64,000 bases of DNA from an uncultured Planctomycetota bacterium (GCA_963823665.1 CAWGMQ010000002.1:32001-96000), one strand, 5' to 3'; positions 1 through 11,489 are shown, numbered from the stretch's first letter. Made by a program: numbers and translations. The notes: a model not told the origin generated them from the sequence alone.

Positions 1-3000
1 GGGAGACACGGCGACACTGACCGACACCATCGTCGCCGGCAATAACGCCGGCAGCGTCGCCAGCGATATCTCCCTTGGGTCGGCCAGCAGTGTCACCGGC
101 AGCTACAACCTGATTGGCACCGGGGGTTCGGGCGGGATCGCGAACGGAGTGCACGGCAACATCGTCCTGACCGGCTCCGAGACAGCCGGCCTGGCTCCCC
201 TGGGGAATTACGCCGGGCCGACATATACCATGGCCCTCATGCCCGGCAGCCCCGCCATCGGTACGGGATCGATCGTCAGTGGGATCACGACTGACCAGCG
301 GGGGGAGATCCGGGGTTCCGTGGTGGATATCGGCGCGGTCCAGGTGAGCCTCGTTGTCGAATCGACGGCGGGGACGGTCAGTGAGGTCCCCAGCTCCTTG
401 ACCTTGCCCGGCGCCGTCAGCCTGGCCGATACGTATTCTGACTCCGAGATCACCTTCGGCCCGAACGTCTTCGGCACTCCGCAGACCATCACGCTGGCAT
501 CCGGCACGCTCGACCTGACCAACACCGTCGGGACCACGACAATCACCGGCCCGACGGCCGGCGTGACCATCAGCGGCGGCAACGCGGTCCAGGTGTTCGA
601 CGTCGCCTCCCAGGTCAACGCCACGATCTCGGGCTTGACCATCACCGAGGGCAATGCCGACGAGGGTGGGGGCCTGTATAACAGCGGCACGGTGACGCTC
701 AACGACTGCACCATCAGCGGAAACTCCGCTGGCGGCAATGGCGGCGGAGTGTACAACTACGGGAACCGCAGTACCCACTACGGAGCTACGCTGACGCTCA
801 ACGGCTGCACCATCAGCGGAAACTCCGCAGGGGCGCCGGCGGGGGGGTGTGCAACTACGGCACGGCGACGCTCGACGACTGCACCATCGCCGGAAATTTC
901 AGCAATCAAGTCGGCGGCGGCGGGGTGAATAACGGCGAGTACGCCACGGCGACGCTCAACGACTGCGCCATCACCGGAAATTCTACGAGCGGCGACGGCG
1001 GCGGTGTGTACGTCAACTTCGGTACGGCGACGCTCACGAACTGCACCATCAGCGGAAACTCCGCGGACGCCGGCGGCGGCGTAGACAACTTTGCCACGGC
1101 GATAATCGACGCCTGCACCATCGAAGCAAACTCCGCTAGCGCGTATGGCGCCGGGCTGGTCAACTTCAGTGGTACGGCGACGCTCACCGACACAATCGTG
1201 GCCGGGAACACTTCGAGTGGGGCCGCCAGCGACATCAGCACCATGGGCGGCACGCTCACCGGCTCGTACGACATGATCGGCACCGGCGGCTCGGGAGAGC
1301 TCTCGAACGGGGTCGACGGCAACATCGTCGGAGTCTCGAATCCGGGCTTGGCCCAACTGGGCAACTACGGCGGGCCGACTCAAACGATCGCGCTCTTGCC
1401 CGGTAGCCCCGCGCTCGCCGCCGGGACGGCGACCGGCGCCCCGGCCACCGATCAGCGCGGCGTGGTCCGTACCAGTGGCGTCGACATCGGCGCCTTCCAG
1501 AGCCAGGGGTTCGTTGTCACGATCACCGGCGGCAACAACCAGGCCGGCATAGTCGGCAGCTCGTTCGCAGATCCCCTCTCCGTGACCGTCACGGCCAATG
1601 ACCCCCAGGAGCCGGTGGCAGCGGGCGTCGTGTCCTTCGCCGCTCCTGCCTCGGGCGCCTCGGCCAGCTTCACTGGCAACCCGGCCGTGATCGGCGCCAC
1701 GGGCTCGGCCTCGGTCAGCGCGACCGCCAACTCCATGGGCGGCACCTACGCCGTGACGGCCTCCACCGGCGCGGGCTCCGCCAGCTTCTCGCTGACCAAC
1801 GTCGCCCAGCCCACGTTCTCAAACCTCGCCTGCGCGACGATCACGTACGGCACCGCCTCGGCGACCTTGGGCGGCACCATCCTGGCCGGCTCGTTCGTCC
1901 CCACGGGCGACGTGAACATCACTGTCGACAACGTCACCGAGCAGGCGACCATCGACGCCAGCGGCGATTTCTCGCTCGCCTTCCCCACCGCAGGGCTGGG
2001 CGTGGCCGGCGCTCCCTACACGATCACCTATGCCTACGCGGGCAACGGCACGTTCCAGCCGGTCACCGACAGCAGCCCGGTGCTCACCGTGACCCAGGCG
2101 ACACCCACACTGGCGGTCACAGGTGTGACGTCGACCTACGACGGCGAATCGCAGCCGGCGAGCTTCACGATCACGGGCGTCAACGGCGAAAACCTGACGA
2201 GCCTCGTGACGCTCACCTACAATGGCTCACCCAACCTGCCGGTCAATGCGGGCAATTACGCCGTCGTCGCGACCTTCCCGGGCGACACCAATTACGCGGC
2301 GATCAGCAACGCGTCGCAGTCGGTCGTGATCGCCCAGGCGACACCAACCTTGAACGTCACCGGCGTGAAGTCGACCTACGATGGCCAGCCGCAGCCGGCG
2401 AGCTTCACGATCACGGGGGTCAACGGCGATAACCTGACCAGCCTCGTGACGCTCACCTACAACGGCTCGCCCAACCTACCGGTCAATGCGGGCAATTACG
2501 CGGTCGTCGCGACCTTCCCGGGCGACACCAATTACGCGGCGATCAGCAACGCGTCGCAGTCGGTCGTGATCGCCCAGGCGACACCAACCTTGAACGTCAC
2601 CGGCGTGAAGTCGACCTACGATGGCCAGCCGCAGCCGGCGAGCTTCACGATCACGGGGGTCAACGGCGATAACCTGACCAGCCTCGTGACGCTCACCTAC
2701 AACGGCTCGCCCAACCTACCGGTCAATGCCGGCACCTACGCCGTCGACGCCAGCTTCCCCGGCGACAACAATTACGTACCCGTGAGCAACTCGTTGCAGT
2801 CTGTCGTGATCGCCCAGGCCACACCGACCTTAAACCTCACCGGTGTGACGTCGACCTACGACGGCGAGCCGCAACCCGCGAGCTTCACCATCACGGGGGT
2901 CAACGGCGATAACCTGACGAGCCTCGTGACGCTCACCTACAACGGCTCGCCCAACCTACCGGTCAATGCCGGCACCTACGCCGTCGACGCCAGCTTCCCC

Positions 3001-5604
3001 GGCGACAACAATTACGTACCCGTGAGCAACTCGTTGCAGTCTGTCGTGATCGCCCAGGCGACACCAACCTTGAACGTCACCGGCGTGAAGTCGACCTACG
3101 ATGGCCAGCCGCAGCCGGCGAGCTTCACGATCACGGGGGTCAACGGCGATAACCTGACCAGCCTCGTGACGCTCACCTACAACGGCTCGCCCAACCTACC
3201 GGTCAATGCGGGCAATTACGCGGTCGTCGCGACCTTCCCGGGCGACACCAATTACGCGGCGATCAGCAACGCGTCGCAGTCGGTCGTGATCGCCCAGGCG
3301 ACACCAACCTTGAACGTCACCGGCGTGAAGTCGACCTACGATGGCCAGCCGCAGCCGGCGAGCTTCACGATCACGGGGGTCAACGGCGATAACCTGACCA
3401 GCCTCGTGACGCTCACCTACAACGGCTCGCCCAACCTACCGGTCAATGCCGGCACCTACGCCGTCGACGCCAGCTTCCCCGGCGACAACAATTACGTACC
3501 CGTGAGCAACTCGTTGCAGTCTGTCGTGATCGCCCAGGCCACACCGACCTTAAACCTCACCGGTGTGACGTCGACCTACGACGGCGAGCCGCAACCCGCG
3601 AGCTTCACCATCACGGGGGTCAACGGCGATAACCTGACGAGCCTCGTGACGCTCACCTACAACGGCTCGCCCAACCTACCGGTCAATGCCGGCACCTACG
3701 CCGTCGACGCCAGCTTCCCCGGCGACAACAATTACGTACCCGTGAGCAACTCGTTGCAGTCTGTCGTGATCGCCCAGGCCACACCGACCTTAAACCTCAC
3801 CGGTGTGACGTCGACCTACGACGGCGAGCCGCAACCCGCGAGCTTCACGATCACGGGGGTCAACGGCGATAACCTGACGAGCCTCGTGACGCTGACGTAT
3901 AACGGCTCGGCCAGCGTGCCGGTTAACGCGGGGACCTATGCGGTCGTTGCCAGCTTCCCCGGCGACACCGACTATGTGCCGGTGAACAACTCGTCGCAGT
4001 CAGTCGTCATCAACGCCTCGGCGACCACGACCACCTTGACATCGTCGTCCAACCCGGTGATTCCCGGCCAATCGGTAACGTTTACGGCGATTGTCTCGCC
4101 GGTCGCGCCCGGTGGCGGAACACCGACCGGCAGCGTGACGTTTCAGTACGGCTCGACCGTGATCGCCACCGTGCCGGTCTCAGCCGTGGGAGGTCAGGTC
4201 GAGGCGAGCGTGACGACAACACTCTCCACATCGGGCTCTTCCCCGATCACGTCCTCCTACGCGAACTCCAACGGCAACTACTCCGGCAGCTCGGCCTCGC
4301 TCAACGAGACGGTCAAGGGCCCCGGCGTTTACGTGTCCGGCACCACGCTTTATGTCGTCGGTGCCAACACGTCCGACTACGCTTCGATCAGCCCGGCCGG
4401 CAGCAAGACCGACGGCAGCACGGGACTGGCCGTTTCGGCGACATTGAACGGGACGTGGAGCTCGCAAACCTTCACCCAGACGTTCACCGCCATCGTCATT
4501 ACGGGCTACGGCGGCAACGACGATTTCCAGCTCGCCTGCTCGCTGGCCTTGCCGACGACGGTGACCGAGGGGAACGGCAATAACTACATCCTGCTCGCCG
4601 GCGGCAACGACACGGTCACACTGGGGACCGGAAGCAACCAGGTCTTCGGCGGCAACGGCAACATGACGATCACCGACTCAGATGCGGCCTGCACGAGCGC
4701 CTACATCCAGCTTGGCAACGGCAACGATGTCATCAACATGGGCGCCGGCAATGACCAGGTCGTGCTGGGCAGCGGTAACAATACCGTCACCACGGGCAAC
4801 GGGAACGACTCGGTGACCACGTCGGGCAGCGGCAATAACACCGTCACCCTGGGCAACGGCAACGAATACGTTTCCACCGGCAACGGCAACGACGTGATCG
4901 CGCTCGGCTCGGGCAACGAGACCATTCTGACGGGCAACGGCAACAAGACGATCACGGCCGGCAACGGCAATGACTACGTGTCGGCCGGAAGCGGGACGGT
5001 CGTCGTCACCCTGGGCAACGGCGCCGATAACGTCCAGGTCGGCAACGGCAGCACCACCATCACGCTGGGCAGCGGCAATGACTACGTCTCCAGCGGCAGC
5101 GGCACCGACGTCGTCACCGCAGCTTCCGGCGCCGACAATGTCCAGGTCGGCGGCGGCAACGACAAAGTCACGCTGGGAGACGGCAACGACTACGTCTCTG
5201 CAGGTGGCGGCAACGACAATGTGACTGTCGGCAATGGCAACGACAACATCCAGCTCGGCAACGGCTCGGATGTGATCATCGAAGGTAACGGCAACGACTA
5301 CGTGTCGGCCGGCAACGGCGCAGACCTGGTTGTTGCGGGGCTGGGGCAGCACACGGTGCAGCTCGGCAACGGCAACGACCTCCTGATCGACGGCTCGGCC
5401 ACGGTCGTCAACTCCGGCGACTCGTTCCGGCAGATTCTTTCCGACTGGAACTCTAGCTCCTCGGCGTCAGTCGATACGCGGCTGAAGGTCGTCTACAACA
5501 CGTCGCATCCCAGCGTGATGCAGGCCGGCAGTGGCCGAAACTGGTGGTTCTACACCTACTCGAAGGACGTGACCAACAAGAAGCCGACGGACCGGCTGAA
5601 TTGA
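1..5604 (+). CDS. Giant surface/secreted adhesin-like protein, 5' end outside window (beta-helix/choice-of-anchor Q repeats, 8 MBG-like repeats, Ig-like domain, C-terminal RTX-like Gly/Asn/Asp repeats); frameshift near 841-847
   Basis: Frame is open from base 2 into ORF 149..928 and continues in ORF 847..5604 after a G7 run. Repeated TISGNSAxxGGG and LGNYGGPTxT...DQRG...DIGA motifs; 80-aa tandem repeats; many GNGNDxV nonapeptide-like repeats. Confidence 0.85.
2092..4020 (+). repeat. Intragenic tandem array of eight 240-bp (80-aa) units containing a near-perfect 720-bp higher-order duplication
   Basis: Units recur at 2101, 2341, 2581, 2821, 3061, 3301, 3541 and 3781. 2341-3060 and 3061-3780 differ only at the last base by line-to-line comparison. 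Confidence 0.95.
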
Positions 5605-5650
5605 GCGGATGTTCGGCGTGTGTCTCCAGGCCGCGCCCAGGTCAAGACCG

Positions 5651-5685
5651 GAGGCCTCCCGACCCTCGCCGAGGGTGGAGGCCTT
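5651..5685 (+). terminator. GC-rich stem-loop after the adhesin stop codon (possible terminator)
   Basis: GAGGCCTCC-cg-ACCCTCG-c-CGAGGGT-GGAGGCCTT inverted repeat about 45 nt after the stop; no clear U-tract. Confidence 0.35.
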
Positions 5686-5911
5686 CGCTCGGCGCGTGTG
5701 TTCAACGTCAGACCTTTCACCGCTTCCGGTCTCATTCGGGAACTGAGTCCCCGGCTTCTCATAACGTACGCGGCACATCCAGTGCCGTAAGTCTCATATA
5801 TGGTGCGTACGAAGCCGCAAATTGGCCGGCGGCACTCGCCACATGGAGCGGACGTAAGTAATTACTTGAAAAGGAATAATGCAATCTACGCGCGAGCAGA
5901 ATTCGACTGGC

Positions 5912-5975
5912 ACTGGAAATGCCGTGTGCGGGTCAAACTGCACCGTGGGTTCGAATCCCACCCTCTCCGCTACCC
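5912..5975 (+). repeat. 3' half of tRNA-Ser(GGA), copy 1 (att-like direct repeat)
   Basis: CTGGAAA anticodon loop, long variable arm, GGTTCGAATCC T-arm and CTCTCCG acceptor 3' strand are present; no 5' GGAGAG strand or D-arm upstream. Confidence 0.85.
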
Positions 5976-6317
5976 ATTTGAAAAATTAGACTTGCGTCTT
6001 CAGGTTTACGAAGTGCCGCACTTCCGCGAAACGGACCAGTCTGGTGCCGCATGTGCACCCACGGAGGGGGTTGACGTACCCCAACCAACCGGGCGAGATC
6101 AACTGAGCGCGAACTCAATAACTGCTTTGACCTTGAAGACGTCGCGATGACGCATCCAGGGCATCAATCGCACGCGTTCGCACGATACCTCCCGGTATCC
6201 TTTTTCGCACGGCCTGGCGTAGAATCAACCGTGCATTCGTCACTCGGATCGGGATGAATCGCGAAGGGACGCTATCTGCAGACCGCAAGTTCGGCGCCCC
6301 CGGTGTCTGGAGTCATC

Positions 6318-6899
6318 ATGCATCAGCACAAATGTTCGTTGTGCGGAACGATGTGGCAGCATGGGGAGGAATGGGACAGAGACATGCTGGCCCATGAATG
6401 CTCAGTCTGTGGCTGCCACCAGTTTCGCGTCTTCAAGGTAGACGGCGGGCAGACCGCAGCTCTGCCGGAGCAAACCTACGACAAATTGCTGGAGGCCTTC
6501 GCTAGTGCCGACCCGTTTGTCCGGTCAACAACGCTGTTTGCCTTGAACGTTGGCGATCGGGCAGCGCGCGGCGTTCTGCCCAACCTGGCAACGATGGCCA
6601 CGTCTGACCCGGAAGCCATGGTGCGGTTGGCGGCCGTCGAAACCTTGCGTCGCTTTGGGGCCGATGCAGCGGCGGCGCTACCAGTCCTCGCCCAAGCACT
6701 TGCCGACCGGCATCCCGAGGTTCGACGTGCGGCCGCGCTCACTTTGGGCGATCTTGGCACCGCGGCGCAGAGCGCCTTGACCGCGCTGACGGTCCGTCTA
6801 AGCGACAACCATCCGCGAGTTCGAACTGTAGTGGCCGCGGCTTTGGCAAAGATTCGACCGATGACCGACGTTTGGCAGATCACCGTAGGTCAGGGGTAG
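6318..6899 (+). CDS. HEAT-repeat protein with N-terminal zinc ribbon
   Basis: CSLC and CSVC motifs, then DPxVRxxAxxxL repeats. Confidence 0.8.
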   Translation: MHQHKCSLCGTMWQHGEEWDRDMLAHECSVCGCHQFRVFKVDGGQTAALPEQTYDKLLEAFASADPFVRSTTLFALNVGDRAARGVLPNLATMATSDPEAMVRLAAVETLRRFGADAAAALPVLAQALADRHPEVRRAAALTLGDLGTAAQSALTALTVRLSDNHPRVRTVVAAALAKIRPMTDVWQITVGQG

Positions 6900-6917
6900 C
6901 CGCGCAGCCAAGATTCG

Positions 6918-9900
6918 TCACGTCACTGTCACGGTCAGCACCGACGAAGTACTGCTGTCGAAGTTCGAATCGCCGCTGTAGACCGCCTTGATCTTGTGCT
7001 TGCCCGGCGGCGTCCAGGTTTCGGTGAACGTAGCATCGCCGATGTTGTCCAGGGCCACCGTACCCAGCACCGTCGATCCATCGTAGAAGGTTACCGTTCC
7101 CGTCGGGACGCCCGAACCTGGGGCTTTCGCCTCTACCGCCGCTGTGAATGACACCGGCGTGCCGGGTGGCACGGAGGTTTGCGAGGCGCTGATGGTCGTG
7201 GTCGTCGGGTCTTGGTTGACTGTCTGCGTCAGCGCGCTGGAGGTACTCGTCGTGTAGTTCGTGTTACCGCCGTATTCGGCCGTTATTGCGTGCCTCCCCA
7301 CCGCCAGCGCCGACGTGATGAACGTCGCCTTGCCCGAACTGTTGAGCGTGCCCATGTCCAGCACGTTTGTGCCGTCGTAGAAGGTGACCGTGCCGGTCGG
7401 CGTGCCGCTACCGGGGCTATTGGCTTTGACCGTGGCCGTAAAGGTCACTTTCTGGCTGTAGACGACCGTGGACGACGACGTCGTCACCTTGGTCGAGGTC
7501 GGATCTTGGTTGACCGTCTGCGCGAGAACCACGGACGTGCTGGCTGCGAGACTGCTGCTCCCGGAGTATTTGACCGTGATGGAATTGCTGCCCACGCCGA
7601 GGGCGAACGCCGGGGTCGTGTAACTCGCCTTGCCCCCGCTCAAGTGGGCAGTGTCCAGGACCGTCGCGCCATCGAGGAACGTGACCGTTCCAGTGGGCGT
7701 GCCGGACCCGTTCACGACCGGTGTGACGGTGGCGGTGAAGGTCACCTTCTGTCCGTATACCGAAGGATTGGTGCTCGAAGTTACGGCGCTAGTGGTTGCG
7801 CCCACGTTCCAGGTGAAGTTCTGGTTGGCGCTGGCCCCATGGCCGTCGCCAGCAGCGACCGAGACGGCATAGGCGCCGGGCGCCGCGGAAATCTTTCCAC
7901 TGATCAGGCCCGAAGGGGTGTTGATCGACAGGCCCGATGGCAGGCCGGTGGCCGAATAGAGCCAGGTGTCGCCGCTGGGCAAGCCGCTGGCCTGAATCTG
8001 CAGCGATACCGATTCGCCAACCGCGCCGTTCTGCGTCCCTGGATTGGTCACCGACAGGGTGGACACGTTCCAGGTGAAGCTCTGACTGACGTTGCCGCCC
8101 TGGCCGTCGCTGGCCGTGACCGAGACCGAGTAGGTATTCGCCGAGCCAGTGATGGTGCCGGTGATCAGCCCTGAACTGCTGATGATCGACAGCCCGGGGG
8201 GCAAACCCGTTGCCGCATAGGTCCAGGCGTCGCCGGAGGGCAGACTGCTGGCCTGGATTTGCAACGAGACGTTATCGCCTGCGGCGCCGTTCTGGGTGCC
8301 CGGATTGGTTATGTCGATCACGTATACCGGAAGTGTCGCGGAGATGCCGTTGGCGAAGTTCTGGTCGCCACTATAGGCGGCCGTGATTGAGTTGGTTCCT
8401 GTAGGCAGGCTTGGGACAATCAATGTGACCTGCTGGAGGTAGGTCGAGGAGTAGGTCCCATTCTCTAATGGGTTGAGCGTAACCGTGCCGAGCACAGTGC
8501 TGCCGTCTATGAAGGTGACCGTTCCGGTGGGCACCCAGTAGCTTGACGAGCCGTTGCCGTTCTCTACCACGGTATTCGGCGTGCCGTTGGGCGTCACCGT
8601 GGCGGTCAAGGTGACAGAATTGCCAGGAGCCACCGGATTGGCCGACGCCGAGACGCTTGTGGTGGCCGTTTCCAGTACCGGCAGCACGAAAGTCGCCACG
8701 CCGGAAGAGTAATTGGAATCGCCGCTGTAGTTGGCGGTCACATGGTAGTGGGCCGCCAGCAACACCGCTGCCGACTGACTGGCCGATAGCGACAGCGTGG
8801 CCACCCCGTTATCCACCGTCGCCGTGCCCAGCGTGATGGGCGTCGTGTCGTAGTTGAGCGCATTGTTGGCCCCGGCATAGGCGGTGAAGGTCACGGTACC
8901 GGTCGGCGTCGGCCCGCCGATGCTCGAAGCCAGGTCTGCCGTGAACGTGATCGCATTGCCGTACACCGCCGGGTTAGCCGACGCGGATGCGCTGAGGGTG
9001 AAATTCGAGTAGCCGCCCAGGGCGAAGAGCGTGCCGCCGTTGTCCGAGAAGACCTCGCCATTGGGAGCAATGGCCGTCGGTGTGTAGGGCACACCGTAGC
9101 CGGCGCTGACCTCGACGGTGTTGGAGATTGTGTCGGTGCCCAGATTCCACTGGTAGGTGTAGCCGTCCTCGTCGTTGACGTAGATGCTGTCGGTCGCCGG
9201 GTCGACCGCCGTGCCGTTGGTGCACCACTCGCGGACGGCGTCGGGATCGCCGGCGTTGATGTTTCCCAAATCGGGCGATGGGCTAGAGAAGGTCATGACC
9301 TGCTGCATGACCGGAATGGGCTGCCCGTTGACCTCGGCGTCGTAGTTGGGATCGGGCTGACTGGCGTAGGGATCCAGGATGGCGATCTCGTTGACACCGT
9401 TGCCGCCGTAGGGTTCGCCGACCTCAGTGTTGGCGTAGTTGTTGTACTTGGACACAATCAGGTACGAGGACGAACCCGTGTAGCCGGGAACCGTCATCGC
9501 GTTGGGGCCGGTTAAGGGGATGATCGAGGGAGTGTCGTCCCAGCCGAAGGCCCCGGGGGTGTATTCCGTCTGCAGGTTGCCGGAGAAGTGCAAGAGGAAG
9601 CCGCGCGAGCCGTTGCCGTAGGTAGAGCCAAACGCCCAAACGCCGAAGAAAACCGTGCCGTCCGGAGCTACCATCACCGACGCCGTGCTGTCCGGGTGCA
9701 GGTAGGCGCGGTCGCCGCTGCTCTGCACACCACTGGCCGGGACGCCGCTGCCGGTGTCCGGGTAGTACAGTGGTACCGAGTACTCGGGCGCCAGAGTCGT
9801 GCTGTTGAGTCCGACCAGGTAGGAGTTGTACAAGTTGCCGTTGAGGTTGTAGCCGCCATCGGCCACGGGAAGGTACAGCGTCGAGCCGTCGTTGCCCAGG

Positions 9901-10970
9901 GCCAGCGCCGAGCCTTGCGCCGCGGTCCAGTTGCCGTCGTCGGTGGGGGTCTGCCCGGCGGTGTTTACGGCGGCGAATGCCGACACATCCGTGCCCGTAC
10001 CCGAGACGCTGATCCGGGCGATGCCTCCCTCGGTGATGCCGGACGGATTCGAATTGCCGGGGTTGACCACGTATCCGAAAAAAATGTCTCCTTGCGAGTC
10101 CACCGTCACGGGCGTGTTGATGTAAATCGACTGGTTGTAGGCGGACTGGTTGGCGTTATAGCTGGAAGTCCCGTAGAATGCCTCCTGCGTCGGAGTCACC
10201 ACACCGGTGGCCGTGTCGGGATTGCTGATGCAGTCGATCGTGCCGCCGGGGCCGGGGAAATAAACGCGGTCGGTGACCGGATCGTAGGCCGGTTGGTCGG
10301 GCGGCAACCAACCGTAAGGCGGCTCGATGTAGCTGGTCGCGGCCGAAGAGGCCGTGCTCAGCGTCCACAAACCGTCACCGGTATAAGCGCCGTTACCGGC
10401 GACGTTGATGGTGAATGAACACGTGGTGCCGTTGGTGCTAACATTGCTGACCTGATAGGTCGTGTTACCCTCGCCGGGGTTGGCGGCAGTGTCGCCCTGG
10501 GGCACGTAGACCGTAACCGATTCACCGTTGGTCAGCACCGTCCCGGGCACGATGGTGCTGGTGATCGTCATGGTGTCGTTGGCGTTGTTGGTGATCGAGC
10601 TGATCGAGCCCATGGGCGCCGTGCTCCACACTACCGCGCCGGTAACGTCGTTGATCCCGACCTCGAAGAAATTGGTGGCGCCCTGGTTGTTGGCGCCCCA
10701 GGTCACCTTGATGGGCACGACGACGACGTTGTTGGCGGTGAAAACCGGATCGCCGTAGTGGACAGCCCCCCATGGATCTATGTCGAGCGGCACTTCCCAG
10801 AGGAGTTGGTTAATGGGCTGGGCGGCGACCTGGGCCACGTCGGTGTGCTGTGCGTTGCCGCCGAAATTATTCCATGAAGCCGTAAGAACCGTACGCTCCT
10901 CCAGCCGTTCGAGGGTAACTTGGTACTGAGATCGAAGAGAACTACGCCGCGATCGGTTCTTCAACCGCAT
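6918..10970 (-). CDS. Large extracellular Ig-like repeat protein (Big_3-like and He_PIG-like domains) with planctomycete LExLExRxVL N-terminal motif
   Basis: 1350-aa ORF; N-terminal LERLEERTVL; repeated PTGTVTFxDG...YSGD domains; two NPGTQ...LPxGLSI repeats. Confidence 0.85.
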   Translation of the reverse strand: MRLKNRSRRSSLRSQYQVTLERLEERTVLTASWNNFGGNAQHTDVAQVAAQPINQLLWEVPLDIDPWGAVHYGDPVFTANNVVVVPIKVTWGANNQGATNFFEVGINDVTGAVVWSTAPMGSISSITNNANDTMTITSTIVPGTVLTNGESVTVYVPQGDTAANPGEGNTTYQVSNVSTNGTTCSFTINVAGNGAYTGDGLWTLSTASSAATSYIEPPYGWLPPDQPAYDPVTDRVYFPGPGGTIDCISNPDTATGVVTPTQEAFYGTSSYNANQSAYNQSIYINTPVTVDSQGDIFFGYVVNPGNSNPSGITEGGIARISVSGTGTDVSAFAAVNTAGQTPTDDGNWTAAQGSALALGNDGSTLYLPVADGGYNLNGNLYNSYLVGLNSTTLAPEYSVPLYYPDTGSGVPASGVQSSGDRAYLHPDSTASVMVAPDGTVFFGVWAFGSTYGNGSRGFLLHFSGNLQTEYTPGAFGWDDTPSIIPLTGPNAMTVPGYTGSSSYLIVSKYNNYANTEVGEPYGGNGVNEIAILDPYASQPDPNYDAEVNGQPIPVMQQVMTFSSPSPDLGNINAGDPDAVREWCTNGTAVDPATDSIYVNDEDGYTYQWNLGTDTISNTVEVSAGYGVPYTPTAIAPNGEVFSDNGGTLFALGGYSNFTLSASASANPAVYGNAITFTADLASSIGGPTPTGTVTFTAYAGANNALNYDTTPITLGTATVDNGVATLSLSASQSAAVLLAAHYHVTANYSGDSNYSSGVATFVLPVLETATTSVSASANPVAPGNSVTLTATVTPNGTPNTVVENGNGSSSYWVPTGTVTFIDGSTVLGTVTLNPLENGTYSSTYLQQVTLIVPSLPTGTNSITAAYSGDQNFANGISATLPVYVIDITNPGTQNGAAGDNVSLQIQASSLPSGDAWTYAATGLPPGLSIISSSGLITGTITGSANTYSVSVTASDGQGGNVSQSFTWNVSTLSVTNPGTQNGAVGESVSLQIQASGLPSGDTWLYSATGLPSGLSINTPSGLISGKISAAPGAYAVSVAAGDGHGASANQNFTWNVGATTSAVTSSTNPSVYGQKVTFTATVTPVVNGSGTPTGTVTFLDGATVLDTAHLSGGKASYTTPAFALGVGSNSITVKYSGSSSLAASTSVVLAQTVNQDPTSTKVTTSSSTVVYSQKVTFTATVKANSPGSGTPTGTVTFYDGTNVLDMGTLNSSGKATFITSALAVGRHAITAEYGGNTNYTTSTSSALTQTVNQDPTTTTISASQTSVPPGTPVSFTAAVEAKAPGSGVPTGTVTFYDGSTVLGTVALDNIGDATFTETWTPPGKHKIKAVYSGDSNFDSSTSSVLTVTVT

Positions 10971-11347
10971 GAAGATGTCTCCTGAGGCTCGTTCGACGCG
11001 AAGCAGATGGGCTGGACAGGAAATATATCGTCAGCTCGTAACCGCGCCCATTCGTCGCCTCGGCATACCTGACTTGGGCCAGTTCTTGGCAGATTCTCTC
11101 GCTGACGGTCTCAGCCGGGAGCACTCCCCGTTCAGCACCCGCAGGTCGTCAGTGAGTTCGGTCACAGCGATCCCTCCGAACGCGCAAACCGCCATCGTGA
11201 GATCGTTGAAGCAGTCACGTAGAATACCGCCGGAGACTACCAAAGCAAAGCTCGGTCGGGCGCGTAAGCTCATTTACCGGTACAACGGGGTCACGATGTC
11301 GGGAGCTTGAAATCGAACGGCGCTGGAGCGGCCAATTCACGTGCGGG

Positions 11348-11411
11348 ACTGGAAATGCCGTGTGCGGATCAAACTGCACCGTGGGTTCGAATCCCACCCT
11401 CTCCGCTACCC
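11348..11411 (+). repeat. 3' half of tRNA-Ser(GGA), copy 2 (att-like direct repeat)
   Basis: 63/64 identical to 5912-5975; 5' half of the tRNA absent. Confidence 0.85.
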
Positions 11412-11489
11412 GATCGAAAATCGGCGTCTGCTCGAGTCGTCGCGGGAAGGGGTCTCGCTGGGCAGTGACCTGCTCCTGCTCGATGACTA

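Noticed and set aside
2092..4020. CRISPR array or non-coding repeat array
   Set aside because: Units are 240 bp, in frame, have no unique spacers, and no cas genes are present.
5880..5975. Functional tRNA-Ser genes at ~5.9 kb and ~11.35 kb
   Set aside because: Neither copy has a 5' acceptor strand or D-arm; both are 3' fragments.
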